Of a DNA stretch of 64,000 nt, positions 1 to 8,683 are shown piece after piece. The first letter of the stretch is position 1. The number at the start of each line of letters is the position of its first letter. The translations under genes and the position numbers were made by a program. The notes under the pieces were generated by a model. That model was not told the DNA's origin, did not search any database, and saw only the letters and a program-made list of their open reading frames with translations. The stretch comes from an uncultured Candidatus Saccharibacteria bacterium (GTDB lineage: Bacteria; Patescibacteriota; Minisyncoccia; Phycocordibacterales; JAACPR01), in contig CAZIEY010000001.1 of assembly GCA_964538855.1 (NCBI GenBank), positions 163,059-227,058 on the forward strand. Reading direction: 5' to 3'.

Positions 1-114
1 CCAGCCATCTATCGCATCAAGCACAAGCCAAATTCCACGCCAAATCAAAACCATACCAACGACGACCGAGATGTGTTGTGCGAAATAACTTGTTGAAAAA
101 TATTTTTTGGACAT
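1..114 (-). CDS. small membrane protein, runs off the window edge (partial)
   Basis: Hand-translated from ATG at 114: MSKKYFSTSYFAQHISVVVGMVLIWRGIWLVLDAIDGW..., hydrophobic and open to the edge. Confidence 0.6.
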   Translation of the reverse strand, partial: MSKKYFSTSYFAQHISVVVGMVLIWRGIWLVLDAIDGW

Positions 115-145
115 GCGGATTTTATTTAAATAATTAAATTTGAAC

Positions 146-691
146 TTAACCATTATGACACATTCGGCGCATTTTGAAACTGAGGATAACTAAAAGGATT
201 ATAAACGCCGTCAACGACATCATCGGAATAGTCACATAGCCCAATTCCATCACGTAACGCTTGGTACACGAAATGCCCGCACCCAGGGCGTCGCATGCAA
301 ATAAATCGGCACCACCATAGTCAATATAATTGTGATAGAGCGCAATAACCGCACCCACGAGCGACAGCATCCACGCCACCGTATAAGCCCATATTTTTTG
401 AGTTCGCCACGCAATCACTAGGAAAATAATTTGTGGATACAAAAAGTATCTCTGGACCACACACAATATACACGGAGCAAATCCTGCGAAACGAGAATAA
501 AAGAGGCTGAGTACAATCCCGCCGAGCACAATTCCGATCGAGAGCAGGTCGGCACACTTCATCAACAGACGTGCCGGCGCGTGATCCGAATTTTTCCGAT
601 TCACAACGAAATAGACGAGGCCGACCACGAGCACAACATGCGACACCACCACCCCAATCGCAAGCACCATGTTTACAATAGAGAGTAACAT
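146..691 (-). CDS. dsbB: disulfide bond formation protein B (DsbB/BdbC family)
   Basis: Multi-TM protein with PCILC-x-QR motif, second Cys pair and G-x-VTIP motif. Confidence 0.85.
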   Translation of the reverse strand: MLLSIVNMVLAIGVVVSHVVLVVGLVYFVVNRKNSDHAPARLLMKCADLLSIGIVLGGIVLSLFYSRFAGFAPCILCVVQRYFLYPQIIFLVIAWRTQKIWAYTVAWMLSLVGAVIALYHNYIDYGGADLFACDALGAGISCTKRYVMELGYVTIPMMSLTAFIILLVILSFKMRRMCHNG

Positions 692-692
692 A

Positions 693-1076
693 TTATTCTG
701 GCAAAACGCAGGATGTTTTTTCGGCTAATGTGTCGAGCCTAACTTCCCCTTCTATGGTTTCACCGTCAGCAAAAATCCAGAATGGATAACCTTTCACACC
801 GGCGTCTTTACAAATTGGTAATTGCGACTGACCATCTGGAGTAGAGCATTCAACATAAGGAAGATTTTTGGCAGCTTTACCAAACATCCCTTTTTGTTTT
901 TGACAATGAGGACACCAGAATGCACCATAGAATTTTGCACCTTTATCGGTGAGACACTGTGCAAATTCATCGTATTTGCCAGGTTTTTTGTTTTCGACAA
1001 CAATAAAGGCGACTGCGGCCGCAATGACGAGTAGAGCGCCAAGCCACATGAGTTTTGTTTTGTTTTTTTCTGACAT
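693..1076 (-). CDS. membrane-anchored thioredoxin-fold protein (resembles the VKOR-associated Trx domain)
   Basis: FYGAFWCPHCQKQK, YVEC and GYPFW (cis-Pro) motifs, N-terminal TM, directly upstream of dsbB. Confidence 0.85.
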   Translation of the reverse strand: MSEKNKTKLMWLGALLVIAAAVAFIVVENKKPGKYDEFAQCLTDKGAKFYGAFWCPHCQKQKGMFGKAAKNLPYVECSTPDGQSQLPICKDAGVKGYPFWIFADGETIEGEVRLDTLAEKTSCVLPE

Positions 1077-1080
1077 GCGA

Positions 1081-2706
1081 CTATTTTAGCAGGCTTTGCA
1101 CAATCGGCAAAATAGCAGTAAATTTCGCACCCTTGTCGCGCCCCTCTGATTCTGCCCAAATTTGTCCGTTGTAATTTTCGACAACTTTTTTTGCAATGAA
1201 CAAACCATACCCAGTCGATGATGTGTTGTATTTCACAGACTCTTCACCACGTCCACCGGATTGGAAGAGGCGAGCTTTATCGTTTTCAGTGAGACCAATA
1301 CCAGTGTCTTTCACAACAAATTCAATATTGGAACCGTTTTGCGCAAGTGAAATATTTATACCTCCTTTAAACGTATACAAAATAGCGTTTTGTATGAGGT
1401 TTCGCACAAGATCTTTGATGCGAGCTTCGTCAGCTTTTACATGTACAGGCGCGGTGGTGCAATAATAATTAATCGCAAGATTTTTATTTTTTGCTGAAGC
1501 ATCTAAGTCAGCGATAACTTTCCGCACAGTAGTATCCATATCAAACAGTGCATCGGTAAATTTAATCTTTCCGTTTTTCAAGTTCGCAGCATTCAAAATA
1601 TTTTCAACGAGCTCAATTCCCTCTTTATCTGATCGCAAACCTTCTATCACGAGACGATTTAAGTTCGGAGAAAGTGCCTCTGCATCGTCGCTTATCGTAT
1701 CGAAAATGTTTCGACTCTTTGTAAAGAAGCCTTTGATCTGATGCGTAATGAAGTGCATCAATGTCTGCTGTTCTTCATTTGCCCGTTCGAGCAGCTCACG
1801 CTGGGTGTCGACTTTTTTAACTGAACGAATTAAAGTTGTTCCGGCTACCGCTACGAATACAAACGTAATACCATTCAATACTTTATTTATGTTATTACGA
1901 ATGAAGAAAAATTGAGATCCAATTAAGATAATTAGAATCCAAACCAAAGCCTGTGCACCCAACAATTTTATGTTTAATACTTTGAAACGTACGATCAAAA
2001 ATACAAGTACGATCAGAAAAGCCAGCATCCCAAACAATTTATATTGTTCATATTGCCACTCCCAACCCAACAATAAAGTTATATTACCGGATATAAATAT
2101 AGCTTGGAAAATCGCGACTCCAATCATAAATAAGGCGTGCTGCATATACTTATCATCACTTCGTCTCTTTAAATAAAGATAAAGGCTAGCAATAAGTGTA
2201 ATCACGAATGATCCCACTTCTAGTATATACAGATACGACCACAAAATACCTTCGGATAATCCTCTATCACAATTTGATAAATCGTAATAAGAAATATTTA
2301 ATGATGTATGGGAACTCAAGATAATTGGCAATAACAAAGCAAATGCAGCTAGATTGGTTATAAAATTAAATTCTCGGGCACGAGTAAAGCTATATAACAA
2401 ACTTAATGCCAGATAAAAGATAACGTACTCAACGTAAATTAAAATATTCCAGAAAAACATAATCAACTCACTTTTTTCATCGGCCCATAGAATCAAATCG
2501 AAATACACCCATACAGAAAAAGATACGCACAATAAAAACAACTTAATATTGTTGCTATTTTTATAGTCGTTAATTAATACAAAAAAACCAACTAATAGAG
2601 CAGCGATTGGGGGTAGCAAATGCGAATAGTAAATCAAAGGGTCAAAAACATTTTGAGAAAATATTAAAAATTTAGCATTATCCCAACCGCACTGTAATAT
2701 ATCCAT
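1081..2706 (-). CDS. sensor histidine kinase with multi-TM N-terminal sensor
   Basis: H box FITHQIKG, N box NLIQNAILYT, G1 DTGIG, G2 GYGL, about 8-9 hydrophobic segments. Confidence 0.9.
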   Translation of the reverse strand: MDILQCGWDNAKFLIFSQNVFDPLIYYSHLLPPIAALLVGFFVLINDYKNSNNIKLFLLCVSFSVWVYFDLILWADEKSELIMFFWNILIYVEYVIFYLALSLLYSFTRAREFNFITNLAAFALLLPIILSSHTSLNISYYDLSNCDRGLSEGILWSYLYILEVGSFVITLIASLYLYLKRRSDDKYMQHALFMIGVAIFQAIFISGNITLLLGWEWQYEQYKLFGMLAFLIVLVFLIVRFKVLNIKLLGAQALVWILIILIGSQFFFIRNNINKVLNGITFVFVAVAGTTLIRSVKKVDTQRELLERANEEQQTLMHFITHQIKGFFTKSRNIFDTISDDAEALSPNLNRLVIEGLRSDKEGIELVENILNAANLKNGKIKFTDALFDMDTTVRKVIADLDASAKNKNLAINYYCTTAPVHVKADEARIKDLVRNLIQNAILYTFKGGINISLAQNGSNIEFVVKDTGIGLTENDKARLFQSGGRGEESVKYNTSSTGYGLFIAKKVVENYNGQIWAESEGRDKGAKFTAILPIVQSLLK

Positions 2707-2746
2707 ACCTTATATAATAGCATCCTCTTTGCAAGTGCAAAGGATA

Positions 2747-3253
2747 TTATTCATGGTCTTCAATATATTTTTTTATGTAGACCTTTTCAAAATAAGGTGG
2801 AATCAATGGGAAATATTTAGCAAAAAAACCTGAAGGTAATTTCTCTATTGATCTAATAACTTTTCGGCAATTGATGGAGCCGCAATTACAATCCATCTCC
2901 CAGTCCGTATGTTCAGATATTGAGTAATCGAATGTAAGTTCCTCACCGGCACTAATGTCTCTAAGAGCAATATAGGTTACACCATCATTACCGACTGCCA
3001 AGTTAGGGTCGCATCTATGATTAATGCACACGTAGGGATAGATCGGATCTATATACAAATCTTTATCCAAACCGACAATATTAGGAAGTGTTAATGACTC
3101 CTCCTTATTCTTTGGATGAAAATTGATTGTGGGACCTTTCATAACGAAAACTGCATCCCCTTTTTTAAAACTGCGGGAAGTAAATAAACCGTTTCCAGCA
3201 ACAGGACTTTGTTTAACGAACAAATGAGGCTCGATATCGTATTTTTCCTTCAT
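2747..3253 (-). CDS. SET-domain protein-lysine methyltransferase with post-SET
   Basis: GNGLF, INHRCDPN, GEELTFDY and CNCGSINCR post-SET motifs. Confidence 0.92.
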   Translation of the reverse strand: MKEKYDIEPHLFVKQSPVAGNGLFTSRSFKKGDAVFVMKGPTINFHPKNKEESLTLPNIVGLDKDLYIDPIYPYVCINHRCDPNLAVGNDGVTYIALRDISAGEELTFDYSISEHTDWEMDCNCGSINCRKVIRSIEKLPSGFFAKYFPLIPPYFEKVYIKKYIEDHE

Positions 3254-3304
3254 ACAATACAATATACAACGTATTTAAAATATTATCAAATACTCTATTT
3301 AAAA

Positions 3305-3331
3305 AAGGCAACGCGTGTTTCAGCGTTGCCT
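3305..3331 (-). terminator. hairpin at the end of the 3320-3889 gene
   Basis: aggcaacgc...gcgttgcct inverted repeat flanked by an A-run (U-tract on minus strand). Confidence 0.55.
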
Positions 3332-3889
3332 CCGTGTGGCCAAGATTGCCACGCTCGCATGGAGAACCATGCAGTTTATGGGGTAAATCACTTCACCCCA
3401 ACCATTCCACTGCGTACAACACAACATAATGTCGAGAAAGTACGCAACAGTCCACACAATCCAAGGATTTGGATCCTCGTTCTGTGGGTCATCCCAGACG
3501 TCCCGAATCATCGGAAAGAATGAGATTAGTGTACTGATCTGCACTGCGATATTGCCTACAAGGGCATCATTTTCTGCCCAAACAATCATCGCCACGACAT
3601 CCGCACTAAAAACGATCACGTCGAGTTTGGTCATTTTCTTGAAACGACCACGCATCAGACATGATACGAAAAGTGAGATGCAGCAGATACTGCACACGAC
3701 CGGCAAAACAGTCTTCGCGTTCCACTCACCCGTAAGGTCACGATACGACCAGACGTTGAGAATGGAGCCGAAAGCCCAAATTGCCCAGGAAGTGGTATTA
3801 GGAACCACATCCTTTTTACTGGCCAGGTAATACATGTAGTAACCTCCTACATGCGCTACCCCAACAAACCACGGGAATGGATTGTCCAT
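3320..3889 (-). CDS. multi-pass membrane protein (two similar halves, PQ-loop-like)
   Basis: About 6 TM segments with repeated P-x-x-x-SW/PW motifs; GGGGGT SD before ATG 3889. Confidence 0.7.
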   Translation of the reverse strand: MDNPFPWFVGVAHVGGYYMYYLASKKDVVPNTTSWAIWAFGSILNVWSYRDLTGEWNAKTVLPVVCSICCISLFVSCLMRGRFKKMTKLDVIVFSADVVAMIVWAENDALVGNIAVQISTLISFFPMIRDVWDDPQNEDPNPWIVWTVAYFLDIMLCCTQWNGWGEVIYPINCMVLHASVAILATRRQR

Positions 3890-3984
3890 GAGACCCCCTA
3901 AGATATGCACGCTCTAAACGTGCGAGTTACAGATGAAAAAGGACTAAAACACTTATTTTATAATAGCATATTATAAATCAAAGG

Positions 3985-4293
3985 TCAAGAGCATACCACC
4001 TCGTCACCAGAACTACTTTCACACGAGACAATTTCACAACCCAACTCGCCTTCAGGACATGCAAAAATTTCACACTCTCCGGAATCAAAACATTGTTCGA
4101 CTTTGTAGGCTTTGCGATAAATTTCCAAATAATTCCCCTCTTCACCAACAAAACAACCTTCTTGATTTTCTTCGCAAGGAATGTGCATGTAGAGCAAATA
4201 ATCTTTCTGAATCACCAACACATAAAAAGTGTAGGAGATCGAAGCAGCGATAAGCACACACGCAGAAATCAGTAAAACTTTATTATAGTTCAT
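3985..4293 (-). CDS. hypothetical membrane-anchored Cys/acidic-rich protein
   Basis: N-terminal TM followed by a Cys-rich acidic domain. Confidence 0.7.
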   Translation of the reverse strand: MNYNKVLLISACVLIAASISYTFYVLVIQKDYLLYMHIPCEENQEGCFVGEEGNYLEIYRKAYKVEQCFDSGECEIFACPEGELGCEIVSCESSSGDEVVCS

Positions 4294-4325
4294 GAATAGA
4301 GTATAACATTTTTATAAATGAGGTT

Positions 4326-4724
4326 TTACCTCGCCTCCACATCCGTCTGATGCAACCCAAAAGTGTTCCCTTCGGTATCGAGGAAATATCCTTGCCATGC
4401 CATGCCGACAAGCGCGAATTTTGGCATCGCGACAGTGCCGCCGGCAACGAGAATTTTCTTTGAGGTCGCTTCGTAGTCGTCGACTTGGACCGTGCAGACA
4501 AAAGAATTGACGCCGCATTCCTTTGGCAACGTTTTCGTCGGTCGCTTCAAAAGCCCGCCGTTGATGCCCGGCTCTTTACTTTCCTTCGGCGCGGTCATTA
4601 TTCCCCAATATTCCCATCCGAGCCCAGGATATTTTTCAATGCTCCACCCAAACACTTCTCGATAAAATTTCGCGGCACGCTCGGTATCTTCGGCTTGAAT
4701 TTCAAAATGGACGACTCGGTTCAT
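4326..4724 (-). CDS. VOC/glyoxalase family protein
   Basis: VVHFEI...FY..VFGW, GINGG and DTEGNTFGL motifs. Confidence 0.92.
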   Translation of the reverse strand: MNRVVHFEIQAEDTERAAKFYREVFGWSIEKYPGLGWEYWGIMTAPKESKEPGINGGLLKRPTKTLPKECGVNSFVCTVQVDDYEATSKKILVAGGTVAMPKFALVGMAWQGYFLDTEGNTFGLHQTDVEAR

Positions 4725-4772
4725 AGGTTTGCGATTAGGTGGATAATATTTGTATTATAACCCATCTCCCAC

Positions 4773-5525
4773 TTACACCACCACCTTCGCGGCATCCCAC
4801 AAAAGCTCAAAAGCCACTTTTTCCATCTCAATAATATTTTTGTTACTAGTTGCAATAATGTGTACGGGTGGAATCGTCTGATGAATACCTACCACCGACG
4901 ATGTGATGGCTTTGCTCACAGACATTAGGGATGGTGATGTGAAAAAACGAACAGTTTTTCCCAAGGCAGGATGTTGCAGTACGAGATTTCGATTTTCTTC
5001 TGTGTCTTGAACGAGCAACGCGACCCTCACCCCCTTCTCGGTTCGACGCTTGATAAAAGATTGAAAATAATCCACATCATCTGAAATAAAAGAATTCGAA
5101 TTGCCGATCGCGTAATAATAATCTCCGACACGTAAATTATTAAGCAACGACTCGTAAAAGTTTTTAATCGGAGTTGTACCCTTCACCACAGAAAACTCGG
5201 TCGCTTCATGGGCTTGAGTGTGCAAAGCCTGCAATTCCGGGATAATGCCGCGAATTTTTGACTTGGTGAACTCGGCCATATTTTCCAATTGATCAGGTGG
5301 AATTGCGACATATTTCTTTTTCAAGCCAACATAGGTCTCTGTCGCGAAACCCTTATCAACTATTTGATGTAAAATCGGGTATACAGCCGTTCTCTCCATG
5401 CCAAGCACACTTGCAATATGAGCAATGGTGCTTGGACCATTAGCGATGAAGGCAGTATAAAGCTTTGCCTCTTGTTCTGAGAGACCTAATAATCCCAATG
5501 TTTCGTGTATATTCCGGTATTTCAT
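4773..5525 (-). CDS. TrmB-family transcriptional regulator (wHTH + C-terminal effector domain)
   Basis: LGLSEQEAKLY...RTAVY..L..KG wHTH pattern, C-terminal FELLW. Confidence 0.85.
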   Translation of the reverse strand: MKYRNIHETLGLLGLSEQEAKLYTAFIANGPSTIAHIASVLGMERTAVYPILHQIVDKGFATETYVGLKKKYVAIPPDQLENMAEFTKSKIRGIIPELQALHTQAHEATEFSVVKGTTPIKNFYESLLNNLRVGDYYYAIGNSNSFISDDVDYFQSFIKRRTEKGVRVALLVQDTEENRNLVLQHPALGKTVRFFTSPSLMSVSKAITSSVVGIHQTIPPVHIIATSNKNIIEMEKVAFELLWDAAKVVV

Positions 5526-5656
5526 ATATTTGTATAAATATTTCTCACAACTATATAACCACATATAACCTTATAAATCAAGAACATAATGACGTAGATT
5601 CAATTCGATGTAATACATATTTTGACATCACATACGCCAGTGATAGGCTCAACTAT

Positions 5657-6766
5657 ATGAAAATAAACAAGATAATCATAGCGATTTGTGTCGTGATTGC
5701 CACGCTCGGTATTTTTTCCTATAACCACAATCGGGAAGGAACCCTACAAATAGGAGTAGTCGCGTCGCTTACGGGCCCCGGAGCATATTTCGGAGAACAG
5801 TTTGTTTCGGGTTTGTCGATGGCACGTGATGATATCAACGCTCGCGGTGGAGTACGCGGACAAAAAATTGAGCTTATTATAGAAGACAGCCAGACAAAAG
5901 ACACCACTGCCCTTTCGGCTGCCAAAAAGCTAGTCGAGGTCGATCACGTCTCGGTCATCCTAGGAGATTCATGGAATAGCACGACACTCGCAATGCATCC
6001 ATATCTCATGGAACAAAAAGTGATACTTGTTTCTCCGCATATTTCTCTGAACTCGCTTGCGGTAGAAGATTATGCATTCCGCCTGATTCCAAGTACACAC
6101 GAATTTGTCACCCCAATCGCCGACTATGCAGTTGCGCACGATGTACACAAAATTGCAATTGCGCGTGTGCAAAGTCAATTTGGGCAGGAACATGTGGAAT
6201 CTTTTAAGAAAATGTTTGAGGGTGATACCCGTACCATTGTTGCTGACGAAGTTTTCAGTCCATCAGCCACCGACATACGATCTGAGCTCACAAAAATAAA
6301 ATCACAAAATCCTGATGCGGTGTTCAATTTGCACTTATCTGGATTACCTGTCGGATTTCTAATAAAACAGGCGGTCGAAGTTGGTCTAAAGACGCAATGG
6401 TTTGCGGCGTGGAGCTTCGAGAACACAGCACTTCTCAAAGAATACGGCCCTATTCTTGAAGGTGTGATTTACCCTGCTTTTTATGATGAGACGGCTTCGG
6501 CGCGCTCGGAAAATTTTGTTGACCGTGTGAAGAAAATGCAAAAGCCACATGATATGTTTATCGCGCTTGGATATGACACACTCGCAGTGATATCAGATGC
6601 ACTCAACCAGAAAGATGTGCCTAACGCAGACAGTATAAAAAATGCGCTCGAAAATATGCAAGACTTTGAGGGTGTGTCTGGAACTTTTAGCTTCGATAAT
6701 AACGGGGACGCGGTGCGCACTATTTTCTTGAAGACGGTGAGAGACGGTGAGTTCGTGAAATTATAA
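5657..6766 (+). CDS. LivJ/LivK-like type I periplasmic-binding protein (orphan)
   Basis: IGVVASLTGPGAYFGE, INARGGVRG, EDSQ, GYD and GVSGTFSFDNNGD motifs; N-terminal TM. Confidence 0.9.
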   Translation: MKINKIIIAICVVIATLGIFSYNHNREGTLQIGVVASLTGPGAYFGEQFVSGLSMARDDINARGGVRGQKIELIIEDSQTKDTTALSAAKKLVEVDHVSVILGDSWNSTTLAMHPYLMEQKVILVSPHISLNSLAVEDYAFRLIPSTHEFVTPIADYAVAHDVHKIAIARVQSQFGQEHVESFKKMFEGDTRTIVADEVFSPSATDIRSELTKIKSQNPDAVFNLHLSGLPVGFLIKQAVEVGLKTQWFAAWSFENTALLKEYGPILEGVIYPAFYDETASARSENFVDRVKKMQKPHDMFIALGYDTLAVISDALNQKDVPNADSIKNALENMQDFEGVSGTFSFDNNGDAVRTIFLKTVRDGEFVKL

Positions 6767-6793
6767 AACTCGCTCAACTTCTTCTGTTTGAAA

Positions 6794-7369
6794 TTACTCG
6801 CGATCACGAAACCCTATCGGCTCTTTCTGCTTCTCCTCCTCTATCAAAAATTGCCGAATAGCCTGAAAGACGATTTTGAAATGACTATCGTATTTTTTCT
6901 CGAGCAATTCAATCTTTTCCCGCAATTCTTTGTGCGAGTCGATCATCTCGCGCAGCTTTGTAAAAATTCGAATAATTTGAATGTTGACGCGAATCGCCTT
7001 CTCACTATTGAGCACACTCGAAAGCATTGCGATGCCTTGTTCGGTGAAGACATAGGAACCATATTTTATGTTATGCCCAGACTTATTTTTCAAGGTCGCA
7101 AATTGCGACCTTGGGTCTATTCCGTCGTTTGAGGTCGCAAATTGCGACCTCAAAAACATTTCCGTTTCTTCAACTGACAATTGAAACATGAAATCATCTG
7201 GAAACCGATCATGATTTCTTTTTACTGCTTCGTTGAGACGCTTCGTCACCACCCCATACAGTAACGCCAAATCCCTATCGAACATGACTTTGCGACCGCG
7301 AATATAATAAATTTTGTTTTTAATGTCTTGATGAGTCAAACTTTCGGCGATTCCAATTTCTTTTTTCAT
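6794..7369 (-). CDS. ORF6N domain (KilA-N-related) DNA-binding protein
   Basis: IRGRKVMFDRDLALLYGV, AVKRN..RFPDDFMFQL and FTEQGIAMLSSVLNS motifs. Confidence 0.92.
   Translation of the reverse strand: MKKEIGIAESLTHQDIKNKIYYIRGRKVMFDRDLALLYGVVTKRLNEAVKRNHDRFPDDFMFQLSVEETEMFLRSQFATSNDGIDPRSQFATLKNKSGHNIKYGSYVFTEQGIAMLSSVLNSEKAIRVNIQIIRIFTKLREMIDSHKELREKIELLEKKYDSHFKIVFQAIRQFLIEEEKQKEPIGFRDRE
7091..7154. repeat. two tandem perfect palindromes inside the ORF6N gene
   Basis: caaggtcgcaa-a-ttgcgaccttg (7091-7113) and tttgaggtcgcaa-a-ttgcgacctcaaa (7128-7154), 39 bp apart. Confidence 0.9.
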
Positions 7370-7435
7370 GAGCCCTATTATACGGATTGAGTATGAAGTT
7401 TTGTTAAAAAATGTCTAAAGTTTTGACTACACAAA

Positions 7436-7468
7436 AGAAAAACCTCGGCACCACGCCGAGGTTTTTCT
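7436..7468 (-). terminator. intrinsic terminator after the SWIB gene
   Basis: agaaaaacctcggc...gccgaggtttttct hairpin. Confidence 0.8.
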
Positions 7469-7485
7469 ATTTCACCTATGTGATA

Positions 7486-7755
7486 TTACGCGCTCAAATG
7501 CTTTGAAACGAGCTTAGTCATTTCGAACATGTTCACCACTTTTTTGCCACCGAATACTACTTCGAGAGCGGCGTCGGCGTTAATATTTCGCTTGTTCTTT
7601 GGATCTTGAAGGTCATTTTTCTTGATGTATGCCCAGAGAGCCTTGACCACTTCTGATCGAGGCATAGGACCTTTGCCTACCACAGCGGCCAATTCGTCGC
7701 TTACTTTCATCGGTTTCATAAATGCAGATGTTGCTTTTCCTGTTTCTTTTGCCAT
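7486..7755 (-). CDS. SWIB/MDM2 domain protein
   Basis: S..LAAVVG..PMPRSEVVKALWAYIKKNDLQDPKNKRNI.AD and MFEMTKLVSKHL. Confidence 0.93.
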   Translation of the reverse strand: MAKETGKATSAFMKPMKVSDELAAVVGKGPMPRSEVVKALWAYIKKNDLQDPKNKRNINADAALEVVFGGKKVVNMFEMTKLVSKHLSA

Positions 7756-7801
7756 GTGTTTAATTATTTCGTTTATATTATTAATCGAGACTTGAGGGAG
7801 A

Positions 7802-8470
7802 TTATAGCATATTATCTAAAGGAAGTAATTGGCATATCGTGAGTTTCATTTCCTCTGGCGTATAAACCATCTTCTTCAAATTATATAATTGATCTTGCTT
7901 GAAGTAAGATTCATCGTGTGCACCCCACATGACTACCACTGTCGATATACCAGCAATACATGCTTCCCTAACATCTCCTAAAGTATCCGTGACAAAGAGC
8001 ATACTATCTTTCCCTACATCATATTTTTCTTCAATCATTCTAAACTTCTCAACCTTGCTCTTTGCCACATCAGCAGATACTATCCAATCAAACAAATCAA
8101 ATATTTTATTTCGTTGTAGTGCAGGAAGAAAATTTCTCGCAAATGCCGACGTGTTAATAACAAGAGTATACCCATAGGAGTGGAGCATCTGTACGACATC
8201 ACGCACACCTTCATATATTTTGCAATGAGACTTAGTTTCTATCCATGCATCCTCGCGCGCCTGCTTCTCAGATGTAGTTTCTATTTTAGATGGATACAAA
8301 GTCTGAAGTTTTTCAATTTCTTCGAGGAAATTACCACATAGCATTTCTCTATACTTAGAGGCTGGTGCAGTCGGAAATCGCTGACTAAAATATTTTTCAG
8401 CGAGCTCAATAGAGTCGAGAATAACTCCGTCTAAATCGAATATTATTATTTTTTTATGTGAGTCCCTCAC
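7802..8470 (-). CDS. HAD-superfamily hydrolase
   Basis: FDLDGVILDS motif I, motif IV-like FVTDT..D. Confidence 0.88.
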   Translation of the reverse strand: MRDSHKKIIIFDLDGVILDSIELAEKYFSQRFPTAPASKYREMLCGNFLEEIEKLQTLYPSKIETTSEKQAREDAWIETKSHCKIYEGVRDVVQMLHSYGYTLVINTSAFARNFLPALQRNKIFDLFDWIVSADVAKSKVEKFRMIEEKYDVGKDSMLFVTDTLGDVREACIAGISTVVVMWGAHDESYFKQDQLYNLKKMVYTPEEMKLTICQLLPLDNML

Positions 8471-8529
8471 TGTGTGATAAATACAAACTCTTCGTTACTA
8501 AGACCACCTCTTCAATTCATCTGTATTTG

Positions 8530-8620
8530 CGGAGACGGAGGGATTCGAACCCTCGAGGCCCTTTTAATGGAGCCTACCTCTTTAGCAAAGAGGCACATTC
8601 GACCACTCTGACACGTCTCC
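8530..8620 (-). tRNA. tRNA-Ser(GCT)
   Basis: Reverse complement GGAGACG...CCTCT-TTGCTAA-AGAGG, long variable arm, GGTTCGAATCC T-arm; CCA not encoded. Confidence 0.95.
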
Positions 8621-8683
8621 AAAGACTGGTTTAGATTATCATATTATCGGGCAAAATGAAATGCAATTTGCTAAAATACCCTC

